A stretch of 64,000 bases of DNA from Octopus sinensis (lineage: Eukaryota), in contig NC_042998.1 of NCBI RefSeq assembly GCF_006345805.1, positions 76,260,001-76,324,000 of the forward strand, read 5' to 3'. Of this stretch, positions 12,886-26,259 are shown one piece after another. The notes below the pieces were generated by a model, which saw only the letters and a program-made list of their open reading frames with translations, did no database searches and was not told where the DNA came from. How positions within the stretch are numbered: the first letter of the stretch is position 1; every line of letters begins with the position of its first letter. The position numbers were made by a program, and so were the translations under genes.

Positions 12886-13569
12886 TGGAGACACAAAAAC
12901 AAATTGCATGACAACTCTGTTCTATGAACAATCTTTTCTAAGTTTGTAGGCAGTACAGATATCAACAATCTTTTCTATTTTCTAAAGCTTGAAATTGGCA
13001 TGTATCTTTTACAATGTTATTCTTATTGTGTATTTCAGTTTACAAATGACGGAGGTTCTTTACTTTATATTATCCTACTTGAATGTTAGAATCAACCTTG
13101 TGTATCAGCTATGTTCCTAAATAACTATGAAACTGCATACGTGGTTAGTAATGGGTAATCTATGTCAGTTTAGTTATTTTGTTTTGTTATCCTAAAATGT
13201 TTTTTTTTTACATCATTTTCCCCTATTTGTCTTGATTGACTGACAATTTGGTAAAGTACTTAATTTGTAAGTCATTTCTGTATTTTGTTTTTAGAATTTC
13301 CAGAGCACTAATCACAATGGGCACTACTGCTATCTCTGCGCTTTATTCCATGTCATTTCTATTTATAAGCGTTTGTCCTTTGTTGTTTAGCCCCAGGCAG
13401 CCCCAATCAAGCAGATTTATGACTGAAGGTAATTCAGCAATGCCCATCCTATTTTATTGTCAAACATAATGTATCTCATCATCATTTAACATCTGTTTTC
13501 CATGTTGGCATGGGTTGGATGGTTTGACAGAATCTGACAAGATACAGGGCTGCATCAAGCTCCAATGTC

Positions 13570-13989
13570 AGTTTGAGCATGGTTTCTATGGTAGGATTCC
13601 CTCCTAATGCTGATCACATTGCACTATGTACTGGGCACCTTTCTGTGCTGCTGACACTATGCAATAGAAATAGTAAGGCAAATCTTTTTTAAACAAGGCA
13701 AGAAAGGTAACTGGTCTCTCAGGAAAAACTATTGAAATGTTTAAAATATATAGCTAAAAGGGCATGGGCTTCTCAACTGCATAGTTAATCAAAAATTACA
13801 AGAAGGTATCATTCTCATTAACTGATGTAGCAGTATCATTGTCAATTGATACAAAAACAATGGAGATGCACTAGAGAGAGGAAATTACAGAAGAATTAAA
13901 TTGTTGGGCCACAATATGAAAGTTACAGAAAGAGCCATAGTTCAATTGATTAGGATGCAAAGTAGCCAGAATGAGATGCAGTTCAGCTT
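13570..13989 (+). repeat. 420-bp segment duplicated at 19459-19878
   Basis: Near-identical direct copies 5889 bp apart. Confidence 0.92.
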
Positions 13990-14450
13990 TGTGCCGGGAA
14001 GAAGCACTACTGATGTCATCTTTCTAGAGGAATAACTGTAGGACAAGTACTAAGCTAAGAGTAAGCTACCATACTCGAGATCTTTGTCAAGGTGCCTCAC
14101 TGCTAGAAGTAGGCAAATAACTCTGTAAACTATACACAGAAATACAGTCAGCAAGGTGAAAATCAGTAATAAGTATAGTGGTGAATTTAGCATGCAGTAG
14201 GGGCTCACTTGGGTTCAGTTTTGAGTCTCCTTTTTATTTATCATAACCCTCCAAGCCATAACTGAGGAGTGTGAGACCAGTTGTTCATAGGAACTCTTAT
14301 ATGCTGATGACTGAGTTCTTATAGTGGAGTCTGTAGTAGAATTATAAGAAATTTCAGATATAGAAGCAAAACCTAGATCAAGAGGCCTCAAAGTAATCTT
14401 AGCAAAGATCTAAGTTTTAGTAAGTAGGAAAGAAGATAGAACCAAACTAA
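13850..14450 (+). mobile_element. Decayed RTE RT fragment
   Basis: EMQFSFVPGRSTTDVIF and LLYADD remnants. Confidence 0.7.
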
Positions 14451-14469
14451 TCAGTTTGCAGTAGCATGC

Positions 14470-14910
14470 TTCATCTTAGTTCTCATGGTTATGTTGGTAC
14501 TATTTTACTGTTACTTATATAATGCCAGACAATTTGCTGGCGACACTATACTGTTGCTAAGTTATGTATCTGTACATATTCGGATTTAACTTATACTGGG
14601 TAACCTTTATATATGTTACCAAGTGTTTCTTCAAAATTTACACCTGGCTTTTTCTAGTTTTATATCATACATATTTTGTTTTATTATATTTTAGTTCATC
14701 TTAGATTTCATGATTATGTTGGTACTATTTTACTGTTACTTATATAATGCCAGACAATTTGCTGGCGACACTATACTGTTGCTAAGTTATGTATCTGTAC
14801 ATATTCGGATTTAACTTATACTGGGTAACCTTTATATATGTTACCAAGTGCTTCTTCAAAATTTACACCTGGCCTTTTCTAGTTTTATATCATATGTATT
14901 TTGTTTTATT
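14470..14910 (+). repeat. Tandem duplication, 225-bp period
   Basis: Two near-identical units starting at 14470 and 14695. Confidence 0.92.
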
Positions 14911-15182
14911 TGGTTTGTATTTTTGTTAATATTATTTACTAAACTTTGTACAAGGACTACAATGTTTTTGGGTGGGGTTAGGGATTATACTTACTTTATT
15001 AATACCAGAAAAATATATATAAAAAGAAAGAACTGAATGAGATTTGAACATAAAACATGATGGGATGTAACAAAACACTCTAAAGATTTTCATCCAACAT
15101 TCAGCTGTTTCTACAACTCATTAAATACTGAACAGTTTCTGTCTTAGTTAATCTGTTTCTGTATGTTTTATTTGACTTTTAA

Positions 15183-15402
15183 CCCTTTTGCATTTAAACT
15201 GGCCATATCCGGCCTAAATATTCTACTTGTTTTATGTTCAAACTGGTCAGATCTGGCCTCTCACATCTACCTTACAATGTCATTGTGAAAATCAACAATC
15301 ACATCATTGAAATTTTAATGCTATGAGATAAAGCATGCTTAATTCAAATCAATTTCAAAAAGTATGTATTACATTTGACAGAGTAACCTGAGCACTAAAG
15401 GG
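15183..15402. mobile_element. piggyBac-like MITE, family 1
   Basis: TTAA|CCCTTT...AAAGGG|TTAA; 220 bp. Confidence 0.82.
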
Positions 15403-15466
15403 TTAAACTATTTATGGTGTTCTCATAAGTTATTTGGGATTTCCTCCACTTTGGGTGAAATAGTTA

Positions 15467-16736
15467 CGAGGGGCGTTCAATAAGTAATGTCCCTGACCCA
15501 CTCCCCATAGCAGTAGAGCAACGACACTTGGCACAGTTATTAGTCTTTTCCTACATAGGAACTACCCAGAGTTATGCATTTCTCCCATCGTTTAATACAG
15601 CTCTGGAGACCGTTTTTGTAGAAGACCCCAGCTTGGTCCTCCAACCACGACGTGACTTCAGAAATCAAGGCTGCATCATCTGGGAAACGCTTTCCTTTCA
15701 AAATCAACTTCATGGCTGGGAAGAGGTGAAAATCAGAGGGTGCAAGGGGAGGAGTTCATAGCTGCACGCCTGTGCTTCTGATCTGGCGACACGTGAGTTG
15801 TGGACCAGAGCGTTGTCCTGCAGGAGGAGGATGCCTTTGCTGATCTTGCCCCGCCTCTTGATTTTGATAGCTTCTCTTAATTTCCTCAAAAGTGAAGCAT
15901 AATAGGCTCCTGTAATTGTGGTACCCTTTGCCAGGAAATCTGTCATCACTACTCCGTCCTGGTCCCAGAAGACTGTGAGCATAACCTTGTCAGCGGAGGG
16001 CTGCACCCTTGCCTTCTTTGGAGGAGGTGAGTCATGGTGCTTTCACTGCATTGACTGGGCTTTGGTCTATGGATCATAGTGATGGACCCAGGTTTTATCC
16101 TGTGTGATCAGTCTTTTGAAAAATTTTGACTCATCTTCTTGGCACACCTCCAAATTCATCCCCGAGCACTCAACGCGTTCTTGCTTCTGGAAAGGTGTGA
16201 GCAACCTGGAAATCCATCTGGCAGACACCTTTTGCATATGCAAATGGTCATGAATGATAGTTTCCACAGACCCGGTACTAATCTTGACCTTATGGGCTAT
16301 TTGGCGAATAGCTATGCGTTGACCTTCCAAAATGGCAGCCTCAACTTGACGGACAGACGTCTCATCAACGGCAGAAGGGGGCGACCAGATCTGGGAGCTG
16401 TTTCCACAGAGTTCCGACTATGTTTGAATTCACAATGCCAGCGTTTTACAAGGTCATATGATTGGGCATCATCACCATAAGTTACTTTCATTTCATCAAA
16501 AGTCTCCCGTGGTGTGCGTCCTTTCAAATACAAAAACCGGATCACTGCTCGACACTCAACAGGCTCCATTTCACACTTGACTCAGTTCAAACACCTGTAA
16601 ATCAGAAACCACAATTAGTTCAGAGCTGTAATTCGCCACTTAATCTATAGAGGTATAAATAAGTGCACATGCAAAATTTCAGCTAGATCAAACAACTGCA
16701 AGTGGGTCAGGGGCATTACTTATTGAACGCTCCTCA
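15467..16736 (-). mobile_element. Full-length decayed mariner transposon (irritans-like), in DYNLT1 intron 1
   Basis: 36-bp TIRs (CGAGGGGCGTTCAATAAGTAATG...) with TA on both sides; 1270 bp long. Confidence 0.93.
15540..16569 (-). pseudogene. Mariner transposase pseudogene
   Basis: Fragments MEPVECRAVIRFL..RSGRP, KVSARWISRLLT, LITQDKTWVHHYDP, KVMLTVFWD, LLLQDNA and RWEKCI, split across frames by frameshifts and stops. Confidence 0.93.
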
Positions 16737-18196
16737 TATGTGTCTATAAAGTAATTCAGCCTGCCAATTAGATTATTGACTTTGTAAAGCCTCTAAGTAT
16801 AATCTGTATTACATTCTTCAAAGACAAATTAGGGGGTTGCCTTCATAACTCCAAGATATTCAGGTTATGTAAATTTCTGTCTTACTTTCTAGATTACCTG
16901 ATATTTTCTTCCAGAAGTGAGTTATTACTTTTGATGTTATTTATTTCATTTTAACAAGAGGAAAAACATGGGATGTGTAAAATTCATACCTAGTCAAAGA
17001 ACATTAGAGGGCATAAGGTACTTCCCTATCTCTTTCTTAGGCTACAACCTCAAATCTCACTAAGATTGATTTTCATCCTTCCATGTCTCATGAATACAAA
17101 AGGAATAAATTCATAAGTAAACGATACTGATCTTGAAGACTTTTTGATCTGATTTTCTCTTGGTCAGCTTTTACACCAGAATTCAATGTCAAAAATAGAA
17201 AAGAAAGCAATCATCACCCTTTTGATGTCCATTTTTTCATGACAGCAAGTATTACTATTTGCACGTTATTATTAGCAGCAATTTATTTGTTCAAACTAGT
17301 GTATTTTCAAAACTTTTAATACCAGTCTACTTCTTCAATCAGCTTCCCACATGAACCAATATTGCACACAGAATAAACCAGTGTTTTGTAGACACAAGAC
17401 TAAGGACTGAAAAGGGAGCAGACAAATAGCCAGAATTTATAAAATTATGTTGATTTTAACCTTATCCAACACTAAGGCAAAGAAAGAATTATATTTGATG
17501 CAAATTATGTTTTTGACCACCAGGATGATTCATACACAGCTCATTTCTCCCCACTTCTTCATTGTCGCTTGGCCTGCTAGAAATATCAACCAAATCTGCC
17601 TGAACTTACATCCTATTACCTTAACAAAGGGCACATTGGATATGTAGTTCTAGATGCACTCTGTTAGAATGTAAGAGAGTGGTTACCTTTTTTTTTTAAG
17701 AGTGGAATACCTTAATTATAGGTTTGTTGGATGAGTGCTAAACCACTCTAGGCGAACATTTAGTTAGAAAAAAGTAAATGTAGCAAGACTTCCCTTTGTA
17801 CCCTCCTCCCTTTATTTTTTTTTATTACGACTTACCTACTCCTATTAATCAATCAAATGGTAAATTTACAGTTCCTACATCAATTGAAAAATGAATGCAT
17901 AAAATGTTTTCCAACGTTCAAATTATAATATACAAAGAGCAATCATTCCCTTTCTCTTTCTACACATATCAGAAATAACAGTCTGGTATATTGTAAATAT
18001 AAGTGATAGTATTTTACAACAAATTTTGTCCGTATAAAAGAATTGTGCATCATTACACAGAGAATGTTGATTAAGATTTAAAACCAGCAATACTATATGT
18101 AGCTACGTATGACTGACTACCTCATTGAATATAATTCATTTCCAAACAACGATAAAAGAGTCTTCCAGAAATCTCTTTTACTTCTTTTTGTCACAC

Positions 18197-18262
<66 letters not shown>

Positions 18263-19062
18263 AAATAGGTCGTCTCAGATTTGTTGCCTTGCAGCTAATC
18301 TAATGATAATCCGGTTAGAAAATAGCAGTTAACGAGATACCTTAGCAACATACAAAAATGTCATTTCTGATATGTATAAAAAAAACGGAAAAAAAAAAGG
18401 TTGTGTTAACTGTTTGTATAATAATATAATTTGAGCGTGGGAAACAGTTAAAGTGGCTTTATTTTTTAGAAATGTCACTGAAGTGTGAGCGCGTGTGTAC
18501 ATCTGGGTGTGTATTTGAGTGAAAGTGTGTATATACGTCATCCTGTGTCCGACAAAGGAAAAGACTTGAGATGATTCTGTTTAGCTTCAGTCAAGATATT
18601 TAGAACTGAAATAATATATATTTCATACGATAAAATGATGAAATATTAGATTTAGTGAGATATAATGATATGTTGTATGACAGAACACTTTTCGTTTCCA
18701 TAAAAGTTTCGTAATACAGTAGAATCTAGAAAGTTGCAGAAAAATTTACTGGTATTGAAAATTTTAAATATCGAAAAATAAAAAAAAATGTCAAAGTGCA
18801 CAAATAAATGTCTAAGTGATTTTAGTGGTTAAATAAATTACAAGAGACTAAACAGGGGGACTAGAAATAGAAGTCAAATCTTGCTCAATTTACATCCTAT
18901 CCATTTAAAAGGGAGGCTATATGAGGTACTGTAGACCCAGATTTGAAGATAGGATGGTCACAGCTGGAACGCTTATAATCATCGATTTCCTCATTATAGC
19001 TAACCTTACAGCTAAACAGCTAGTGACCAAATAGAATAGTGACTGGGATAGAAATGACTTAC

Positions 19063-19089
19063 TTCTTCAGAACCTTGTAAATCGTCCAT
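19063..19089 (-). CDS. DYNLT1: DYNLT1 coding exon 1 (MDDLQGSEE)
   Basis: ATG in a CGACATGG context, 27 nt, GTAAGT donor. The five exons total 342 nt, giving 113 aa plus stop. Confidence 0.9.
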
Positions 19090-19440
19090 GTCGTTTTATA
19101 AATTCGAATGTATAGAGAAAAATATTTTTGAGAAAAAATGAAAAACAATTTTTAGGTTGACAACAAACACTCGCAGTGTCACACGAGATTCTCATTGGCA
19201 ACGAGGGGAGAGCACTCTCACGCCAGTCTATGCAACACAACCTTAATTACGAAAGTAGCGGATACGTATGAGAAAATGCACCGACAGTAAACGATCAATT
19301 TTATTATTAGTTGCGTAAAATGTATTTAAAGGGATTAGTTGAACAAAGTGCACGTTCCTCTTTATCATTTAATAAATAATAAAATATGTATGTAACACAA
19401 TTTATACGTGAATAATTAAGCATATAACGTACCTTTCTAT
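19090..19440 (-). promoter_or_regulatory. Probable 5' UTR/promoter of DYNLT1
   Basis: Non-repetitive sequence directly upstream of the ATG, locally richer in CpG than its surroundings. The TSS cannot be determined from sequence. Confidence 0.5.
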
Positions 19441-19949
19441 TCAGTGCTCAGGTAACTGAGTTTGAGCGTGGTTTCTATGGTAGGATTCCTTCCTAATGCT
19501 GATCACATTGCACTATGTACTGGGCACCTTTCCGTGCCACTGACACTATGCAATAGAAATAGTAAGGCAAATCTTTTTTAAACAAGGCAAGAAAGGTAAC
19601 TGGTCTCTCAGGAAAAACTATTGAAATGTTTAAAATATATAGCTAAAAGGGCATGGGCTTCTCAACTGCATAGTTAATCAAAAATTACAAGAAGGTATCA
19701 TTCTCATTAACTGATGTAGCAGTATCATTGTCAATTGATACAAAAACAATGGAGATGCACTAGAGAGAGGAAATTACAGAAGAATTAAATTGTTGGGCCA
19801 CAATATGAAAGTTACAGAAAGAGCCATAGTTCAATTGATTAGGATGCAAAGTAGCCAGAATGAGATGCAGTTCAGCTTCTCAGATACTGCTGGAGAGGAA
19901 CAGTCATGTATACATATATGTATGTATGTATACGTAGTAAGTATACAAA

Positions 19950-20447
19950 CACACATATATTGCTTGCGAAGACCTGTTGAGGCAAGTGAAATTGAAATCA
20001 AAATAAAATTCGATGGCTGGCATCCGTGCTAAGAGCACCATCCAAGCGTGATCGTTGCCAGAGCAGCCAACTACTTTCCGTGCCAGTGGCATGTAAAAAG
20101 CACCATTCAGGCGTGATTATTACCAGCGGCGACTTACTGGCACATGAAAAAAATATTCGAGCGAGGTTGTTGCTAGTGCCGCTAGACTGGCCCCTGTGCA
20201 GGTGGCACGTAAAAAACACCATTTGAGCATGGCCGTTGCCAGTACCGCCTGACTGGCCTTCGTGTCGGTGGCACGTAAAAGCACCCACTACACTCTTGGA
20301 GTGGTTGGCGTTAGGAAGGGCTGTAGAAACTCTGCTAGATCAGATTGGAGCCTGGTGCAGCCATCTGGTTCACCAGTCCTCAGTCAAATCGTCCAACCTA
20401 TGCTAGCATGGAAAGCGGACGTTAAACGATGGTGATGATGAGGATGA
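19950..20447 (+). mobile_element. RTE 3' UTR/tail
   Basis: Same tail family, carrying the internal ~65-bp repeats. Confidence 0.85.
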
Positions 20448-20451
20448 TTAC

Positions 20452-21790
20452 ACCTGTGCATCTGTCACACACAAAACCTATCTTCCCAGTTAACCTTCCT
20501 TTGATATTGCTCCATCTTTTGTGTCCATAGCTTACACCGAGTACATTGTATGGAGTTTCTACCCATGCCTTTTCTATAGATTGAGCAGGGCCATCTACAT
20601 GAAGGAGTTTGTGATATGACAGCCTTCCTACTTAGAAAGACTTTGGTTTTTGCTAGGTTAACCCTAAGGCCCTTTGATTCTAGATTTTGCTTCCACACCC
20701 CCAACTTTGTCTCTAGTTCTGGCAGTAACTCAGCTATTAGAGCAAGGTCATCAGCATAGAGGAGCTCTCAGTGGCAGCCTGTCTTGAATTGCTCTGTTAC
20801 AGCCTGGAGGACTATAATGAATAAGAAGGGGCTGAGGACTGATCCTTGGTGAACCTTTACTTCTACCCAGAATTCTTCACTATACTCATTGCCAACCCTC
20901 ACCTTACTGGCGGCATCCCTGTACAGGGCTTGTACAGCTCTTACCAACCACTTGTCTATCCCCAGTTTCTGCATTGACCACCAGATAAGGGATCAGAGGA
21001 CCCTGTCAAAGGTTTTCTCCAAGTCAACAAAAGCCAAGTACAAAGATTTATCTTTGGCTAGATATTTCTGCTACAGTTGCCTCACCAGAAATATAGCATC
21101 AGTGGTGCTTCTACCTGACACAAAACCAAACTGCATCTCATCTAGGCTAACTCTCTCCCTAATTAGTTGGTCTATGATTTTTACTTTTACCTTTGTAGCA
21201 GTTGACCATGGTGCTGCAACACCAGTCATTGGGTATGATTCCTTCCTGAACTACCTGATTTACGATGCAGGTGAGAAGACCATAACCAATACCACCCGAT
21301 ATTTTAAGCATCTCAGCGAGGTGCTTTCCCTGTCTCTCAACTGGGTCAACCTTTGGCAGATTCTCTACCTCCTGTTCATTCTCCACATTCATCAGTCTTT
21401 CATAATGGCATCTCCAAGCCTCTTTCTTTGCAGAATCATTAAACACAAAGGCAGCATCATCCATGTGGAATACATTTCTCTCCTATGACATCACGGCTTT
21501 CTCTCACACACTGTCTTGCAATCCAAAATACTTCAGTTCTTTTGTCTTCATGTCACTGAACATTGGCAAACTTCTTTTCTGCTACTCCCTTGACTATATA
21601 TACCTGTCTCCTAGCTTTGCTTTTGGCTATCTGATACATTCTCCTGCTACCCCAACTCTTCTAGGCTTTCCAGGCCTATTTCTTTGCTCTAATGGCTCTG
21701 CCAACTGTATTGTTTCACCACCATGTTACTCTAGGTCTGGAAAGGACTTTGCACCAGCCACAGATTTGGTCTGTGGCACTCAGCAAGCTA
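20452..21790 (-). mobile_element. RTE LINE internal fragment (linker, RT, Cys-rich region)
   Basis: KKEAWRCHYERLMN, HQGSVLSPFLFIIVL, LLYADDL and WPCSIYRKG. Confidence 0.88.
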
Positions 21791-22218
21791 GTTGTCCTTG
21801 CTTTTAACATGTTAGAATTGTAAAGAAGCATTGTATATGAAAGTGTTTAGACCATTGTAAATGTAAGTGTTATGAGCATTAAAAAAAAAGGAGACAGAGA
21901 GAAAGAAAGAAGGCAAGTGGGCTGCTGTCTGATTTAGATAGTCTAGAGATGGGGGAGGGGAGAAAGGAAAGGGCTGCGAGATTGCCAATATAAGAGGAAA
22001 GAAGGGAAGGGCAACTGGATGTCTGGTAAGGGAAATGAGATTTCCAGTTTTGGAGGCGGGGGTAGGAAAGGGTGGGCTCAATCACAGACATAAGAAAATC
22101 ATTTTAGGGAGCAGAGGAAACAAGAAAGAATTATTTTAGAGGAAAGTACAAAATATGTATATACATGTAATCTGCAGGTCGTGAGTTCGTTCCTCACCCA
22201 GGGCACAATTATTTTATA

Positions 22219-22630
22219 GGCGCAGGAGTGGCTGTGTGGTAAGTAGCTTGCTTACCAACCACATGGTTCCGGGCTCATTCCCACTGCGTGGAACCTTGGG
22301 CAAGTGTCTTCTACTATAGCCTTGGGCTGACTAAAACCTTGTGAGTGGATTTGGTAGACGGAAACTGGAAGAAGCCCATCGTATATATGTATATATATGT
22401 GTATGTGTGTATATGTTTGTGTGTGTGTTTGTCTCCCCCACCATTGCTTGACAACCGATAGTGGTGTGCTTACACCCCGTAACTTAGCGGTTCAGCAAAA
22501 GAGACTGATAGAATAAGTACTAGGCTTACAAAGAATAAGTCCTGGGGTCGATTTACTCGACTAGAAGGTGGTGCTCCAGCATGGCCGCAGTCAAATGACT
22601 GAAACAAGTAAAAGAGTAAAAGAGAGAGAG
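22219..22630 (+). mobile_element. Full-length tRNA-derived SINE, family A
   Basis: A/B-box-like head (TGGCTGTGTGG, GGGCTCATTCCC), internal microsatellite and (AAAAGAGT)-type tail. Partial copies at ~5409-5545 (+), 25881-26256 (-) and 62921-63150 (-). Confidence 0.85.
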
Positions 22631-22791
22631 TATGTAGCCAAGAAACAAAGTTAGTCATTTTAGAGCAAGAAAACTGTATATAATACAACCAACAAAAAAT
22701 AACATAGTTACACTTAACATGTTAAGCTGATACATTTTGTGAACTGGCATATGGATCTACTACACAATACTGTCAAAAGTTTGTTATTACA

Positions 22792-24041
22792 CAGGGTGTG
22801 TCAGTATTTGGAGGACATCACTTTAAATAGCTCTAACTTTCTTATAACTAATTCTCTTTTTAATTTCTTTTTCTGATTAATGATGAATAACATGAAAGTA
22901 ACAAAGCAAATGAAAAGGCATGCTGTAATCACTGCCATACAAGCTCAGCATAAAGATATGGAAATTGCTTGCTTTGTGAAAGTTGGCTGATCCTTCATTG
23001 ACAAAGTTAGAGAAGACCTGGAAGCTGCTGATGGGGATCCAACATTAGCAGCTAAATGCAAAACACAAGAATTTATACAGAAAGTGCAGGAAAAACTCAA
23101 CACAACCCTGGAAAGTCAATCAGAGACCTTGCAAAGGATTTCAAGGTTTCAGAATGAATCATCAGAAGAGTTGTGCATGAAGATATCTGTTACAAGTTGT
23201 GTGTGATGCAAAGAGGTTAGTTCATATTAAGTACAATGAAAGATAATTGTTTGATCCATGGAAAGTGCTTGCACTACAAATTGAAACATCAGGAAACTGG
23301 AACAGTTTGGTTTTTCTATTGTGAGAAGAACTTTGATCAAAACCAAAAGGTAAACCCAAGGAATGATAAATGGTTATGCAAAGTAAGCCCAAAGAATGAC
23401 AGATGGTTATGCAGAAATCCAAGTGAGGTTCCAGTTGTAATGCATACCAAGTTTCGAGCAACTGTGATGGTTCTGGGAGTTGTTAGCAGTGAGGGTCATG
23501 CCTCCCCACTTTTTTTCACAGGGCTTAAGACTCAATGCTACTACCTACACAGATGTATTGGAGAAGGTTGTGAGGCCCCGGAGAGACAGTGTAAGTAATA
23601 GATCTTACATCTTCCAAGATTCTGCACCATCTCATAAGGCTAAAACAACCCAAGTTTGGGTGCACGCCAATTTCCATGATCATGTTACCCCAGACACATG
23701 GTCTCCTAGCTCACCCGACCTCAATCCACTGGACTATTACATATGGGGCGTCATTGAAAGAAAGGCCAATCAACACTCATAACACCATTCAATCTCTCGA
23801 GTTTGTTGTAACAAAGACTATGTCCAAAAATGATAAAGACCATCTAATTCATGCATGTCAATGCTTCAGACCCTAAATTGAAACCATTATTAATACTAAT
23901 GATGGATTTGTTGAATAGAAGTGTTGTAAGGACTCTCAAAATTATTTGTACAAATTTCCATATAGTTAAAGTTTTTCTCTGATGTGCTATACTTCTTTTT
24001 CTTCATTCCTACAAATGATCTCAAAATACTGACACACCCTA
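22792..24041 (+). mobile_element. Decayed Tc1/mariner-superfamily element, DD37D (maT) type
   Basis: TIRs CAGGGTGTGTCAGTATTT with degenerate TA flanks; 1250 bp. Transposase relic 22892-23918 contains QDSAPSH...SPDLNPLDY with 37 residues between the second and third catalytic D. Confidence 0.88.
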
Positions 24042-24529
24042 TATTTATGAGTCGTTATTCAAATGGATGTAAAAATAATGTCCAAAAGTTCTTATGTTGG
24101 TGTACAATTTGTTTTATTCTTAAACAAGGACTGACAGCAGAGATAGTGAAATAATGAAGACAACAAACAATTACTCAAGAAACTTTTAAATCTATGACAC
24201 AAGGATAGTGTCATTTCACACATTGATTTGTCAACAGAAACTGATGTTCAGTAATGCTATTAAAAACCTGTGTATAGCCTTAAGGGAACCTGTTATCCAG
24301 TACTAGCATTATACATGTGCACACATATGATGGGCTTCTATACAATTTCCACCTACCAATTTTAATTGCAGGATATGTACAGGCACCCCTGGTGTTACAG
24401 CTACCTTAGGTTACAAGATTTGGCACTTTGGAAATTGTAAAGTACATGAAGTAATTTGGGGATTATACATTCCTCACTTGTGAAGGAGTTTGCATTCACT
24501 TGTTGCCCATCCTTTTCCTGCTAAACACT

Positions 24530-24720
24530 AAATCTATTTGACTTGCATGTTTACCTGGCTGGTTAGCGATTAGGTGGCTGGAAGCTTTCCTGAAGTTATT
24601 TGCAAATTAATTGCAAAGTTGTTAGGTCATCTTTGTCACAGAATTCCAAGATCTTTGACCGGTTTTCATTCTCCAAACAATATCTATGGCCTTCATGTAT
24701 ACTGGAGATACTATTGAAGT
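24530..24720 (-). mobile_element. RTE APE endonuclease fragment
   Basis: ..NENRSKILEFCDKDDL..HLI...SQID remnants across frames. Confidence 0.5.
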
Positions 24721-24954
24721 GTTACTCAATACGTTTATCAAAAACACTAACTATGACAAAGTTTTTGTCATTTATATCAGTGGTTCCTTTTGTCATTCAT
24801 ATCAATGGCTCTTTTTGTTATTTGTGTCAAAGGTCCTTTTGTTTCTCTGTCAGTGCTGATTGTAGTGAATATGTAATGATAACAGTTGTTGTTTAATTGC
24901 CTATAAGTAATGTCATCACCATCATCATTCTTATCCTCACTGTCATCCTTAACA

Positions 24955-25857
24955 TCCAATTTTCCATGCTTCACAGTAATGAAACATGGGCTGTGACTGC
25001 AGAGGACATGCATAGGCTTGAAAGAAATGAAGCTAGCATGAGCCGCTGGATGTGTAATATCAGTGTGTACACATGACAGAGTGTAAGCGCCCTGAGAGAA
25101 ATGATGGACATAAGAAGCATCGGATGTGGCATGCAAGAGAGACGTTTGCGCTGGTATGGTCATGTACTACGGATGGATGAGAAGAGATGTGTGAGGAAGT
25201 GCCACTCCCAAACAGTTAAAGGAATCCGAGGTAGAGGTAGACCCAGGAAGGCATGGAATGAAGTGGTCAAGCATGATTTTCGAACATTAGGCTTCACAGA
25301 GGCAATGACAAAAGACCAGGACCTCTGGAGATATGCTGTGATGGCGAAGACCTGACAAATAACGTGTCCTGCACCAGCTTCACATAGCAGCCCCAGCCTA
25401 TCCAAAGTACTCTGGATCACAGAACGGCCTGCTGTGCTCACCTTGGATCGTAGGGCGACCTGCTGTGCTTGAGGAGACCTATTGAGTCAAGTACATCAAC
25501 ATCAAATAAAAATCAAATGTGAAATTGTAGTTGGATAACTGTGCTGGTGGCATGTAAAAAGCACCATCCGAATGTGGCCGATGCCAGCACCACCTTGACT
25601 GGCTTCCATGCTGGTGGCACATAAAAAGCACCAACCAATCGTGGCCATTGCCAGCCTCCCCCAGCACCTGTGCCGGTGGCACATAAAAGGCACACGCTAC
25701 ACTCACAGAGTGGTTGGTGTTAGGAATGGCATCCAGCTGTAGAAACACTGCCAGATCAGACTGGAGCCTGGTGCAGCCTCCTGGCTTCCCAGACCCAGTC
25801 GAACCGTCCAACCCATGATAGCATGGAAAATGGATGTTAAACGATGATGACGATGAT
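24955..25857 (+). mobile_element. RTE LINE 3' end with UTR
   Basis: RRLRWYGHVLRMDEKRCVRKC..RGRGRPRK, followed by the UTR and (GAT)n. Confidence 0.9.
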
Positions 25858-25880
25858 ATATATATATATATATATGTATT

Positions 25881-26256
25881 TACTCTTTTACTTGATTCAG
25901 TCATTTGACTGTGGCCATGCTGGAGCACCACCTTTAGACGAGCAAATCGACCCCAGGACTTATTCTTTGTAAGCCTAGTACTTATTCTATTGGTCTCTTT
26001 TCCCGAACCACTAAGTTACAGGGATGTAAACACACCAGCATCGGTTGTCAAACGATGTTGGGGGACAAACACAGACACACAAACATATACACACACATAT
26101 ATACATACATACACACATACATACATACATACAAACATACATACATGCATACATACATACATACATATACATATATACAACAGACTTCTTTCAGTTTCTA
26201 TCTACCAAATCCACTTACAAGGCTTTGGTCAGCTCGAGGCTATAATAGAAGACACT
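25881..26256 (-). mobile_element. SINE family A, 5'-truncated
   Basis: Reverse complement of 22310-22620. Confidence 0.85.
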
Positions 26257-26259
26257 ATA

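Noticed and set aside
17050-17650. Short open frames with splice-like signals in DYNLT1 intron 1
   Set aside because: The five identified exons already give a complete 113-aa protein, and no homology supports more.
22219-22300. tRNA-like sequences here and at 30.5, 48.5 and 62.7 kb
   Set aside because: They are SINE heads with no complete cloverleaf, and they continue into repeat bodies.
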